A DNA stretch of 64,000 nt from Nitrospirota bacterium (lineage in GTDB: Bacteria > Nitrospirota > UBA9217), in the NCBI GenBank assembly GCA_963740085.1, contig CAVUCU010000007.1:122835-186834 (forward strand), read 5' to 3'. The position numbers and the translations under genes are program-made. Every line of letters starts with the position of its first letter. Positions within the stretch are counted from its first letter, which is position 1. Below the pieces are notes generated by a model. It ran no database searches. It was not told the DNA's origin and worked only from the letters and a program-made list of their open reading frames with translations. Of this stretch, positions 8,245 through 16,329 are shown piece after piece.

Positions 8245-8901
8245 ATGATGAAAAATAAAGCGGTCATCTTTGATCTTGACGGTACACTGCTCGATACGCT
8301 TGAAGATATCGCATATGCGGCCAATCGGGTTCTGGCTTCGAGGGGTTTGCCTATCCGTCCGCTGGATGTCCACAGGGCCGCAATCGGAAACGGGGCCCGC
8401 CAGTTGATGGAACGTGTGTTGCCGGAAGGCAACCGCGATCCGAAGACGATCGAGGAATGTTTCGCGGCTTTCCGTAAAGAGTACGGAGAACATTGGAACG
8501 TCAAAACCAAACCCTATCCCGGCGTACCGGAAACGCTGGATGCCTTACAAGCACGCGGATTGAAGATGGCCGTCTTGTCCAACAAGCCGGCTGATTTTAC
8601 GCGTAAATGTGTATATGGAATTCTATCGAAATGGAAGTTCGATCCTGTGGTTGGTGCAGAGCGTGGAATTCCGAGCAAACCAGATCCTGCCGGGGCCCTT
8701 GATATCGCCAAACGCCTTGGTATTTCGCCGGAAGAATTCGTCTATCTTGGTGACAGCGGAGTTGACATGAAAACGGCAACCGCGGCAGGCATGTTCGCCG
8801 TAGGAGCATTGTGGGGGTTTCGAAGTCGTGAAGAGTTACAACAAGAAGGGGCAAAGGTATTGCTGGAACGTCCTCAGGATATTATAAATTTGTTCGAGTG
8901 A
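8245..8901 (+). CDS. HAD-superfamily hydrolase, phosphoglycolate phosphatase-like (subfamily IA)
   Basis: Motif I 'FDLDGTLLDT', motif II 'VLSNKP' and motif IV 'YLGDSGVDMKTATAAG' are present. Confidence 0.8.
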   Translation: MMKNKAVIFDLDGTLLDTLEDIAYAANRVLASRGLPIRPLDVHRAAIGNGARQLMERVLPEGNRDPKTIEECFAAFRKEYGEHWNVKTKPYPGVPETLDALQARGLKMAVLSNKPADFTRKCVYGILSKWKFDPVVGAERGIPSKPDPAGALDIAKRLGISPEEFVYLGDSGVDMKTATAAGMFAVGALWGFRSREELQQEGAKVLLERPQDIINLFE

Positions 8902-8995
8902 GGGTGAAAAGACCACGATCTATTGTACTTTTTTCGCCCTCCGTCTCCGCGTCCCCCCGTCACCGTGTCGGGTTTATCATCTATCGGAGTTGTTT

Positions 8996-10309
8996 ATGAC
9001 CGACCAATTCATATCCCTCTCCTCCTGGCCGCAGGCGATCATGCATATCGACGCCGACGCCTTTTTTGCCTCCTGTGAGCAGGCGATCCATCCGGAACTT
9101 AAAGGGAGGCCGGTGATCTGCGGCAAGGAGCGCGGCATTGTCGCCGCCGCGAGCTATGAGGCAAAGGCCCGGGGAGTCACTCGCGGGGTGCGGCTTTCGG
9201 ACGTGAAGAAGATCTGTCCCGATGCGGTCATTCTTCCGTCCGATTATGAGACCTACAGTCTCTTTTCCGTTCGCATGTTCGAGATCCTGCGGCGCTTTTC
9301 ACCTGATGTCGAGGAGTACTCTATTGATGAGGCCTTTGTCGATCTGACCGGCCTGAGACGAAGCTATCATGGCCCGTATGAAGTGATCGCCGAAAAAATG
9401 CGAACAGCGATCGAGACAGAGCTGGGGATCACCGTATCGGCCGGGGTAAGCCTTTCCAAGGTCCTGGCCAAGATCGGATCAAAGCACAATAAACCGAACG
9501 GTCTCACCATGATCCCGGGGAGAGATATTCATCGTTATCTGGAGAAACTGCCTGTCGAAAAGGTCTGGGGCATAGGGGCGAACACGGCGGCATTTCTGAG
9601 AAAGCACGGGATCACAACCGCTTTGCAGTTCACAAAAAAGGACGAGGGCTTCATAAAGAAGTTTCTGTCAAAACCCTACCAGGAGATCTGGCACGAGTTG
9701 AACGGCAGGAGCGTGTACCCGGTCACCACGGAGACAAAGAACAGCTACCAGTCGATAAGCAAGGCCAGGACCTTTACGCCGCCGTCCATGGATGAGGGTT
9801 TTGTATTTGCCCAGCTCTCCAAGAACCTGGAAAACGCATGCATCAAGGCAAGGAGGTACCGGCTGGCGGCCGCGCGGATCATTGTGTTCCTCAGGAAGCA
9901 GGATTTTACGAGCAGTGGAGTGGAAATTAAGCTGACCCGGCCTACCGCGTACCCGGTGGAACTGTTCGGGCTCCTGCGCCAGGGCTTTGAGCAGGTATTC
10001 GAATCCCGGGCCTTATACCGTCAGACAGGGGTCGTTCTTTCCGGCCTGGTCGCGGAGGGCGGGATCCAGTTCAGCCTTTTCGATGATACGACAAAGATAG
10101 AGAAGATGGCCAGGATCTACAGCGTCGTTGATGAGATCTCGGCGAAGTACGGAAAGCACACCATTCAGCACGCAGCGAGCCTGCCGACGAAGCTCCAGGC
10201 CCAGCACGAGGGAGAGCGGGGTGATGTCCCGGTAAGAAGAGCGGACCTGTTCAAAGGTGAGACCAGGCGACAGCGGCTGGGACTGCCCTTACTGCATATG
10301 AAGGTGTAA
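8996..10309 (+). CDS. Y-family DNA polymerase (DinB/UmuC-like translesion polymerase)
   Basis: 'MHIDADAFFASCEQ...GRPVICG...GIVAAASYEAKARGV...SIDEAFVDLTG' matches the Y-family catalytic core. GGAG RBS is 7 nt upstream of the ATG at 8996. Confidence 0.85.
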   Translation: MTDQFISLSSWPQAIMHIDADAFFASCEQAIHPELKGRPVICGKERGIVAAASYEAKARGVTRGVRLSDVKKICPDAVILPSDYETYSLFSVRMFEILRRFSPDVEEYSIDEAFVDLTGLRRSYHGPYEVIAEKMRTAIETELGITVSAGVSLSKVLAKIGSKHNKPNGLTMIPGRDIHRYLEKLPVEKVWGIGANTAAFLRKHGITTALQFTKKDEGFIKKFLSKPYQEIWHELNGRSVYPVTTETKNSYQSISKARTFTPPSMDEGFVFAQLSKNLENACIKARRYRLAAARIIVFLRKQDFTSSGVEIKLTRPTAYPVELFGLLRQGFEQVFESRALYRQTGVVLSGLVAEGGIQFSLFDDTTKIEKMARIYSVVDEISAKYGKHTIQHAASLPTKLQAQHEGERGDVPVRRADLFKGETRRQRLGLPLLHMKV

Positions 10310-10607
10310 CCGCTGCGCACGGCCGGTCCCCGGACATATCTGACACAGAAGCTGACACCCTTCACCCTGGAAAAGGCACTTGGACACGGAAGGGGCGGAT
10401 TAAGATATGATAAAAGCGGATGAAAATCAAAAGAAGGAATTCAACCGGGGGGTGAAATATAATCCAAAGAAAAAAATCCGATTCTATCCGGTCCTTATCC
10501 GATTTGATCCGTGGCACCTCTGTTGTCAGGTTCCCCCTCTCCCTGTCAGAGTGAATGCGTGGCTGAGATGAAAAGGCAAGGATAGATCAGCACAACAACT
10601 TCAGGCA

Positions 10608-11999
10608 TTATTTGTCGGGCCGGGTCTTTTTTTTCTTCTTTTTAACGAGGGTCGCTTTTTTTTCCGCCGGCGCGGCTCGCTTTTTATCCGGTTTAACTGC
10701 TCGCGGCGACGATGATGGTACGAACAGGGTCGTCGTGACCGAGGAGCTGACCAACGATGGTACGGGTACAGGAGAAGTCAAGCTCAACGATGAGCCGGCA
10801 GTGTCTTGCAGGAGCAGGGGCGCAGAATGAGTCAATCTAAGCGATGAACCCGGAGCATCCTGCTGGAGCGTTGTCTCCGGAGAGGTCGGTGTAATTGCCG
10901 TAGTTACAAGAGGCTGACTTACCAGGAAATTCGTCATCGATTGCTTTGCAGGAACAACGGTTTGACGAGGGAGGGTTTCTTTGGTCGATTTCGCCTGGTA
11001 GTGATAGAGCGTGGCTCCGGCAATAAGGAGAAGCACCGCCGAGGCAACGAGGGCACTCCTGAGCCATCCTCCACTCGTCGGCCTGCTGTTGATGATCCCG
11101 GCTTCCTGCTCCGGCATCGAGTCCAGGATATTCCGCGAGACGAGGTAGTCTGCAATGCGGCGAAGCGAGGCCGCCTTCGTGGTCCTGCCCGCAAGATATC
11201 TTCCCAGTTTTCTCTCGACCTCCAGCATTGAGCCGTAGCGCTGGTGTGGTTTTTTTCTGAGACACTTCTTGATGAGCCGCTGAAGTCGCCACGGAATTTC
11301 TTTGTTGACGCGGCGCGGAGCAAGGAACTTGTCTTTCAAGATCTTAACAGTGACCGAACGGGCATCCTCATCGCTAAAGGGCTTGACACCGGTAAACATC
11401 TCGTACAATACGACGCCGAAGGAAAAGATGTCCGATCGTACATCAAGCTGCTGACCGAGGATCTGCTCGGGTGACATATAGGCGGGCGTCCCGATGAGCG
11501 TGCCGGGCAAGGTCAGGGCCTCAAGGTTCCTGGTATGAGCGATGCCGAAATCCATGAGCTTGACCTCGCCGTTCCTCTTGATCATTATATTGCTCGGTTT
11601 GATGTCGCGGTGGATGAACCCGCGCATATGCGCATAATCCAGGGCATTGCTGACCTGAATGGCGATCATGATCCCCACATCGACCGGCAGGGCCCCGATC
11701 TTCCCGATCACGTCGGCAAAGTTGGCGCCGTCAACGTATTCCATAACGATGCTGTAGGTCGGTTTGTTCCAGTAATCGTAGATGTGAACGATATTCTCGT
11801 GCTGGAGCGAAGCAGCAACCCTGCTTTCGCGCTCGAACCGCTTGACGATCTGGACATCAGCATGATAGGCCTTCTTCAGTTCCTTGATGGCCACCGGCCG
11901 GCCAAGGGACTTCTGGACGGCCTTATACACTGTGGCCATGCCCCCGGCGCCGATCTCGCCCACGACTTCATATTCATCTTTTATCTGTTGTCTCGGCAT
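10608..11999 (-). CDS. Hanks-type Ser/Thr protein kinase with TM segment, Ser/Thr/Pro-rich linker and poly-Lys C-terminus
   Basis: Kinase motifs are 'GAGGMATVYKA', 'VAIK', 'HRDIKPSNIM', 'DFG' and 'APE'. The C-terminus is '...KKATLVKKKKKKTRPDK'. The ORF-track start at 12059 is an over-extension. Confidence 0.85.
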   Translation of the reverse strand: MPRQQIKDEYEVVGEIGAGGMATVYKAVQKSLGRPVAIKELKKAYHADVQIVKRFERESRVAASLQHENIVHIYDYWNKPTYSIVMEYVDGANFADVIGKIGALPVDVGIMIAIQVSNALDYAHMRGFIHRDIKPSNIMIKRNGEVKLMDFGIAHTRNLEALTLPGTLIGTPAYMSPEQILGQQLDVRSDIFSFGVVLYEMFTGVKPFSDEDARSVTVKILKDKFLAPRRVNKEIPWRLQRLIKKCLRKKPHQRYGSMLEVERKLGRYLAGRTTKAASLRRIADYLVSRNILDSMPEQEAGIINSRPTSGGWLRSALVASAVLLLIAGATLYHYQAKSTKETLPRQTVVPAKQSMTNFLVSQPLVTTAITPTSPETTLQQDAPGSSLRLTHSAPLLLQDTAGSSLSLTSPVPVPSLVSSSVTTTLFVPSSSPRAVKPDKKRAAPAEKKATLVKKKKKKTRPDK

Positions 12000-12013
12000 A
12001 ACGATATCCTTAT

Positions 12014-12150
12014 CCGGACAAGCCGGAACCAAATATGCCACAAAGACACGAAGGCACAAAGAAATTCATACAGAGGTTTGTGATTTACCGAGTCCCTAAT
12101 TCTTCGTGTTCTCTTTGAAGCTTGGAGCCTTCGCGGCTGAATTTTGTTTT
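12014..12150. repeat. intergenic repeat family copy A (CCGGACAAGCCGGAACCAAATATGCCACA...CACGAAG...TTCTTCGTG...GCCTTCGCGGCTGAATTTTGTTT)
   Basis: It aligns with copies at 23135-23332 and 53224-53390. It sits between the PP2C and kinase genes inside an operon. Confidence 0.5.
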
Positions 12151-12177
12151 ATTTTAAGAAGATTGATTTGTAACTGT

Positions 12178-12939
12178 CTAAACCTCCGTCACCCAAACCA
12201 CGACCGCCGTGATATTGTCAATGCCCCCGCCGTCGTTTGCCGCGGCCAGCAGCTTGTGTACAGCGTCGCGGGGTCCCGTTGTTGACAGGAGACCGATGAT
12301 CTCTGCATCATCAACCATTCCCGTCAGGCCGTCGGTGCACAGGAGCAGCCGGTCCTCCCGCTGCAGCGCGAGCGAGGTGATGTCCGCCTTCACCTCTTCA
12401 TCGATGCCCAGGGCCCGGGTGATCACATGTCGGTAAGGACTCGTCCTCGCCTGCTCGGGCGTAAGTGCGCCGGCGCGGAGCTGCTCTGCCACGAAAGAAT
12501 GGTCATTCGTCAGCTGCGTGAGCTTCCCGGACCGGAGGAGATAAGCACGGCTGTCACCGATATGAGCAATAAACATGCGGCCCTTCCGGAGCAGAAGTGC
12601 GGTAAGCGTGGTTGCCATACCTGCGAGCCCCGGATTGTGAGTGTGTACCGCGCGAATAGTACGGTTCGCGAGGTTGAGCGCATTCGTAAGCGCCATGGTT
12701 TCGGGATCTGCTCTGGACGTCACTCCTGCCGGAGGAGTCCTGTCCTTTTCTCCGAGCAGGTCCGGCATGGAAGCCGCGAGTGTCTCAACGGCCATGCGGC
12801 TCGCGACCTCTCCTCCCTCGTTCCCCCCCACCCCGTCCGCAACAGCATAGAGGCAGAATTCGTCGTTCAGCAGATACGCGTCTTCGTTATTGGTTCTCTT
12901 TTTACCGGTATCGGTCCCGCCGAAGGAGGCTATCTTCAT
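12178..12939 (-). CDS. PP2C-family Ser/Thr protein phosphatase
   Basis: 'GGTDTGKKRTNNEDAY', 'VADGVGGNEGGEVAS' and the C-terminal 'DGGGIDNITAVVV' are present. Confidence 0.85.
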   Translation of the reverse strand: MKIASFGGTDTGKKRTNNEDAYLLNDEFCLYAVADGVGGNEGGEVASRMAVETLAASMPDLLGEKDRTPPAGVTSRADPETMALTNALNLANRTIRAVHTHNPGLAGMATTLTALLLRKGRMFIAHIGDSRAYLLRSGKLTQLTNDHSFVAEQLRAGALTPEQARTSPYRHVITRALGIDEEVKADITSLALQREDRLLLCTDGLTGMVDDAEIIGLLSTTGPRDAVHKLLAAANDGGGIDNITAVVVWVTEV

Positions 12940-13353
12940 TTACCCGATCTCGTATGTCCGGCTCTTACCAATGTCTTCGAGTATAAACTGGAGAACAGTA
13001 TCTCCAACGCTGAATTTATCGCCATGGTGCAAGGTGGTCTCTTTGATGAGCGTCCCACTCATCCGCGTACCGTTCGTACTCTCCATGTCTCTGAGCCGGT
13101 AATTTCCTTCACCATACTCGATGGCCGCATGCTGACGCGAGACCTGGGCGTCCTTCAGGGCAATGTCGGCGCCCGCATCCCTGCCGATCACCGTGTTCTC
13201 CTTGGTGATCAGGAATTCCATGCCCTCCCCGTATCCCTTTATGATAACCACGGAGGCTTGAAACCTTTCTGGTATTTTTTTCAACGGCTGAGATTGCTTC
13301 TTTATTTGGGTCTTGTCATTCCCGGATCTCGATCCTGTCATCTTCCCCTCCAA
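12940..13353 (-). CDS. FHA domain protein
   Basis: 'TVIGRDAGADIALKDAQVSRQHAAIEY...YRLRDMESTNGTRM' is an FHA core. Its stop is immediately followed by the PP2C ATG (TAAATG). Confidence 0.8.
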   Translation of the reverse strand: MEGKMTGSRSGNDKTQIKKQSQPLKKIPERFQASVVIIKGYGEGMEFLITKENTVIGRDAGADIALKDAQVSRQHAAIEYGEGNYRLRDMESTNGTRMSGTLIKETTLHHGDKFSVGDTVLQFILEDIGKSRTYEIG

Positions 13354-13461
13354 CGTGACGTCATCAGCCTTCGAATATGATAGGGCAAACCCGGGAATAC
13401 GTCAAGACCAAACCCGGTTTTAAGGATTATCATTCCCTTCGCATTGTGATACAATGTCCCC

Positions 13462-14811
13462 ATGAAAAAGAAGGACCAGGAAAATTCACCATCGCGGCGG
13501 ACAACGAGCGACCAGACCAGGGCCCTGACCGGCCTGATCCGGAAGCCGCTTGTTCTGAAAAAAGCCCGCTTCGTGGTGAACCGTGGTCAGGACGAAGGCA
13601 AAGAGATGGTGCTCCAGGACCCCCGCGTCACGATCGGAACTCTCCGGGAGAACAATCTCGTGCTTACCGACACCACGGTTTCGCGCCAGCACGCCATCGT
13701 GGAGGAAACGGCGAAGGGCTACCTGCTCCGCGATCTCGACAGTACCAACGGCACCTTCCTCAACGGCGTGCGCGTCCGCGAGGGATATCTAGCAGCCGGC
13801 TCCCTCATCCGTCTGGGACAGACCGAGCTGACCTTCTCGCCCCTGGAAGAGCATCTCGAGAACCTTCGCAGCTCAGCGGACCGCTTCGGCGCGCTTATCG
13901 GTTCCTCTCCTCCCATGCAGGAGGTCTACGGTATTCTCGAGCGCATCGCACCGACGGACGTCACGGTCCTTCTGGAAGGCGAGACCGGCACCGGCAAGGA
14001 GCTTGCCGCCCGTGCAATCCACGCCAACAGCCGAAGGGCCGACAGCCCTTTTATCGTGTTCGACTGCGGCGCTGTAGCGCCGAACCTCATCGAGAGCGAA
14101 CTGTTCGGCCACGAGAAGGGCGCGTTCACCGATGCGGTCAAAGACCGTCAGGGTGCGTTCGAACTCGCGGACAAAGGCACCATCTTTCTTGACGAGATCG
14201 GGGAACTCTCCCTCGACCTCCAGCCGAAGCTCCTCCGCGCGCTGGACCAGCGCCAGACCAAGCGGGTGGGGGCCGACAAACCGGTCTCGATACACGTCCG
14301 GGTCATCTCCGCGACCAACAAGGACCTTGAAGAAGAAGTCAAGGCCGGACGATTCCGCGAGGACCTCTACTACCGCCTCTCGGTAGTGCGCGTAACCATG
14401 CCCCCGCTTCGGAAGAGGAAGGAAGACCTCGAAACCATCGCAGGGCTTTTGCTCGCGGAAATATCCGCGGAGATCAACAGGAAGATCACGGGCCTTTCTG
14501 CCGAGGCCTCTGCGGCGCTTGCCGCATATTCCTGGCCCGGCAATGTGCGCGAGCTCAAGAATGTCCTTGGGCGGGCCGCGGCGCTCTCCGACAGCGGGCG
14601 GATCGAGCCAAAGGACCTGTTCCTCTCCCAGGGGAAGAAGAACGTCACCCTCGAAGGTCTGAGCGGCAAAACACTGGAAGAGATCGAAAAGGCCGCTATC
14701 CATGCCACGCTCAAGTCAGTGAGCAACAATAAGACCGAGGCCGCCAGGGTGCTCGGCATCGCCTATTCAACGCTGTACGAAAAGATGAAGAAGTACAGGA
14801 TGAAGGAATAA
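13462..14811 (+). CDS. FHA-domain sigma-54-dependent transcriptional activator (FHA + AAA+ enhancer-binding domain + Fis-type HTH)
   Basis: FHA '[25 protein letters not shown]...[14 protein letters not shown]', Walker A 'GETGTGKE', 'GAFTDA' and a sigma-54 interaction module are present, plus a C-terminal HTH '[19 protein letters not shown]'. Confidence 0.85.
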   Translation: MKKKDQENSPSRRTTSDQTRALTGLIRKPLVLKKARFVVNRGQDEGKEMVLQDPRVTIGTLRENNLVLTDTTVSRQHAIVEETAKGYLLRDLDSTNGTFLNGVRVREGYLAAGSLIRLGQTELTFSPLEEHLENLRSSADRFGALIGSSPPMQEVYGILERIAPTDVTVLLEGETGTGKELAARAIHANSRRADSPFIVFDCGAVAPNLIESELFGHEKGAFTDAVKDRQGAFELADKGTIFLDEIGELSLDLQPKLLRALDQRQTKRVGADKPVSIHVRVISATNKDLEEEVKAGRFREDLYYRLSVVRVTMPPLRKRKEDLETIAGLLLAEISAEINRKITGLSAEASAALAAYSWPGNVRELKNVLGRAAALSDSGRIEPKDLFLSQGKKNVTLEGLSGKTLEEIEKAAIHATLKSVSNNKTEAARVLGIAYSTLYEKMKKYRMKE

Positions 14812-15045
14812 CATTATAACAAGAGGTAAACTCCCAGGTCGGTTGCGGAGCGCAGCAGCGATAAGAGCGCGATTGCCGGATCAAATGGCGGTCCTCCGAT
14901 GCTCCAGGCGGCGCGGGCGAAGCGGAAGCGCCGCGAATGCTGTGCGTGTCCGGAAAATCGATGCCCCCTGCGCTCCTTGCGACTAAGCGAAGTAACTGAC
15001 CTGAGTAATTTCGAGAACAGTGTCTTTATCGAGGTAATCCAGAGA

Positions 15046-16248
15046 TCACCCTCCTATTCCCCGCTTCATCATCAGCACAGCGGCGATCGCACCGGCAATC
15101 ACGAGCGTCTCTATAAAAAGCCATGGCCACTTTTTCTTGAACGCGAGCTTCGGTTTCAAGGTCCCCTCTTCCGTCTTTATCGTGATCTGCGGCCGATACT
15201 CCCGGCCAAGTTTCAGCTTTCTGTTTTCCACGCGGAATAAAAGCCGCGCAGCATCCGGCCCGAACGACGCGGGCTTCGGCTTGATCCAGAGATCATCAGT
15301 TGACAAGGTCCCCGTTGATCCGCTGCACCCGAGAGCCATCACCGGAACGCTCACCCATGAGGTCTTTTTCCACCATGGTAGTCTTATCATTTTCCCCGGC
15401 TTGGCGTAAATGATCTTTCCCTTTCCCTTGACGGGCATGGACAGACCGAGCAAAACCTTCTGGATGGCAAGTTTCATAGCATTCGCGCTCTGGAAGCGCC
15501 TGTTCATGTCCGGTTCCAGTGCCTTCCTGATGATGGCAGCCGTCTCCCGGCTCAACCCCGGATTCAGCTGCCGCGGATCAGGAAAGTCAAGAGGATTTTC
15601 CGCAGGGTTCCGACCGGTGAGGCAATGATGCAGCGTGGCGCCGAGTGAAAAGATATCCGAGCGCACGTCGGTCTGGGCCGTGCCGTACTGTTCAGGCGCT
15701 GCATACCCCGGTGTCCCGTATACATAGGTGTCTTTGATCTTGTCATCCTTGAAGAACCGGGCGATGCCGAAGTCGATGAGCTTCACGCGTCCGTTGCGGT
15801 CGATCATGATGTTCGACGGTTTGAGGTCCCGGAACACGATCGGCTGCGGCTTTTGCACGCTCAGAAAGTGCATGGCCCTGCAGACCTGGAGCGCCCAGGA
15901 CAGCACCCGCAGCTCATCCATGGGTTTTCCTCTTTGCGCATCGAGCACCTGCTTCAGCGTATTGCCCCGGATGTATTCCATAACAATAGTGTAAGAGCCC
16001 AACCGGGAGAAGTAATCATACACTTTCGGAAGGTTCTGGTGCGTCAGACGCATGAGTATCCGGGCCTCGGTCTGGAACTGGGTGAGCGCTTCCCCGGGAT
16101 TTTCCGCGGACTGGTTGCCCGGCGTCAATTCCTTTGCAGCGAGCACCGTGCCTCTTTGGAGGCGGTCCGAGACCTTATATACGCATCCCATTCCGCCTCT
16201 GCCGAGGACACCGACGACTTCATATCTTTTTTTGAGAAGACGTTTCAT
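15046..16248 (-). CDS. Hanks-type Ser/Thr protein kinase with C-terminal TM anchor
   Basis: 'GRGGMGCVYK', 'AAKEL', 'FRDLKPSNIMI', 'DFGIA' and 'GTPGYAAPE' are present. The C-terminal hydrophobic stretch is 'WLFIETLVIAGAIAAVLMM'. Confidence 0.8.
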   Translation of the reverse strand: MKRLLKKRYEVVGVLGRGGMGCVYKVSDRLQRGTVLAAKELTPGNQSAENPGEALTQFQTEARILMRLTHQNLPKVYDYFSRLGSYTIVMEYIRGNTLKQVLDAQRGKPMDELRVLSWALQVCRAMHFLSVQKPQPIVFRDLKPSNIMIDRNGRVKLIDFGIARFFKDDKIKDTYVYGTPGYAAPEQYGTAQTDVRSDIFSLGATLHHCLTGRNPAENPLDFPDPRQLNPGLSRETAAIIRKALEPDMNRRFQSANAMKLAIQKVLLGLSMPVKGKGKIIYAKPGKMIRLPWWKKTSWVSVPVMALGCSGSTGTLSTDDLWIKPKPASFGPDAARLLFRVENRKLKLGREYRPQITIKTEEGTLKPKLAFKKKWPWLFIETLVIAGAIAAVLMMKRGIGG

Positions 16249-16329
16249 TGTAACCACCAGTAAGAAGTAATAGGTAATAGGTGAGATGTAACCCATCACC
16301 ATCACCCATTACTCATCACTCATTACTCA

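Noticed and set aside
10508-10530. TGGCACCTCTGTTGTC sigma-54-like motif on the + strand
   Set aside because: The -12 reads GT instead of GC, and there is no downstream + strand gene because the region is convergent.
12028-12045. TGGCATATTTGGTTCC inside the repeat family (minus-strand reading) as a sigma-54 -24/-12 element
   Set aside because: The -24 TGGCA part fits, but the -12 position reads TC rather than the near-invariant GC. It is kept only as a feature of the repeat, not called as a promoter.
12427-13380. 317-aa + strand ORF
   Set aside because: It is antisense to the PP2C and FHA genes.
13377-14192. 271-aa Arg/Pro-rich ORF on the + strand
   Set aside because: It is an alternative frame of the FHA-sigma-54 activator gene with biased, low-complexity composition. 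It is a shadow ORF.
13873-14703. 276-aa minus-strand ORF
   Set aside because: It is antisense to the well-supported sigma-54 activator gene. It has no motifs and is typical of high-GC antisense open frames.
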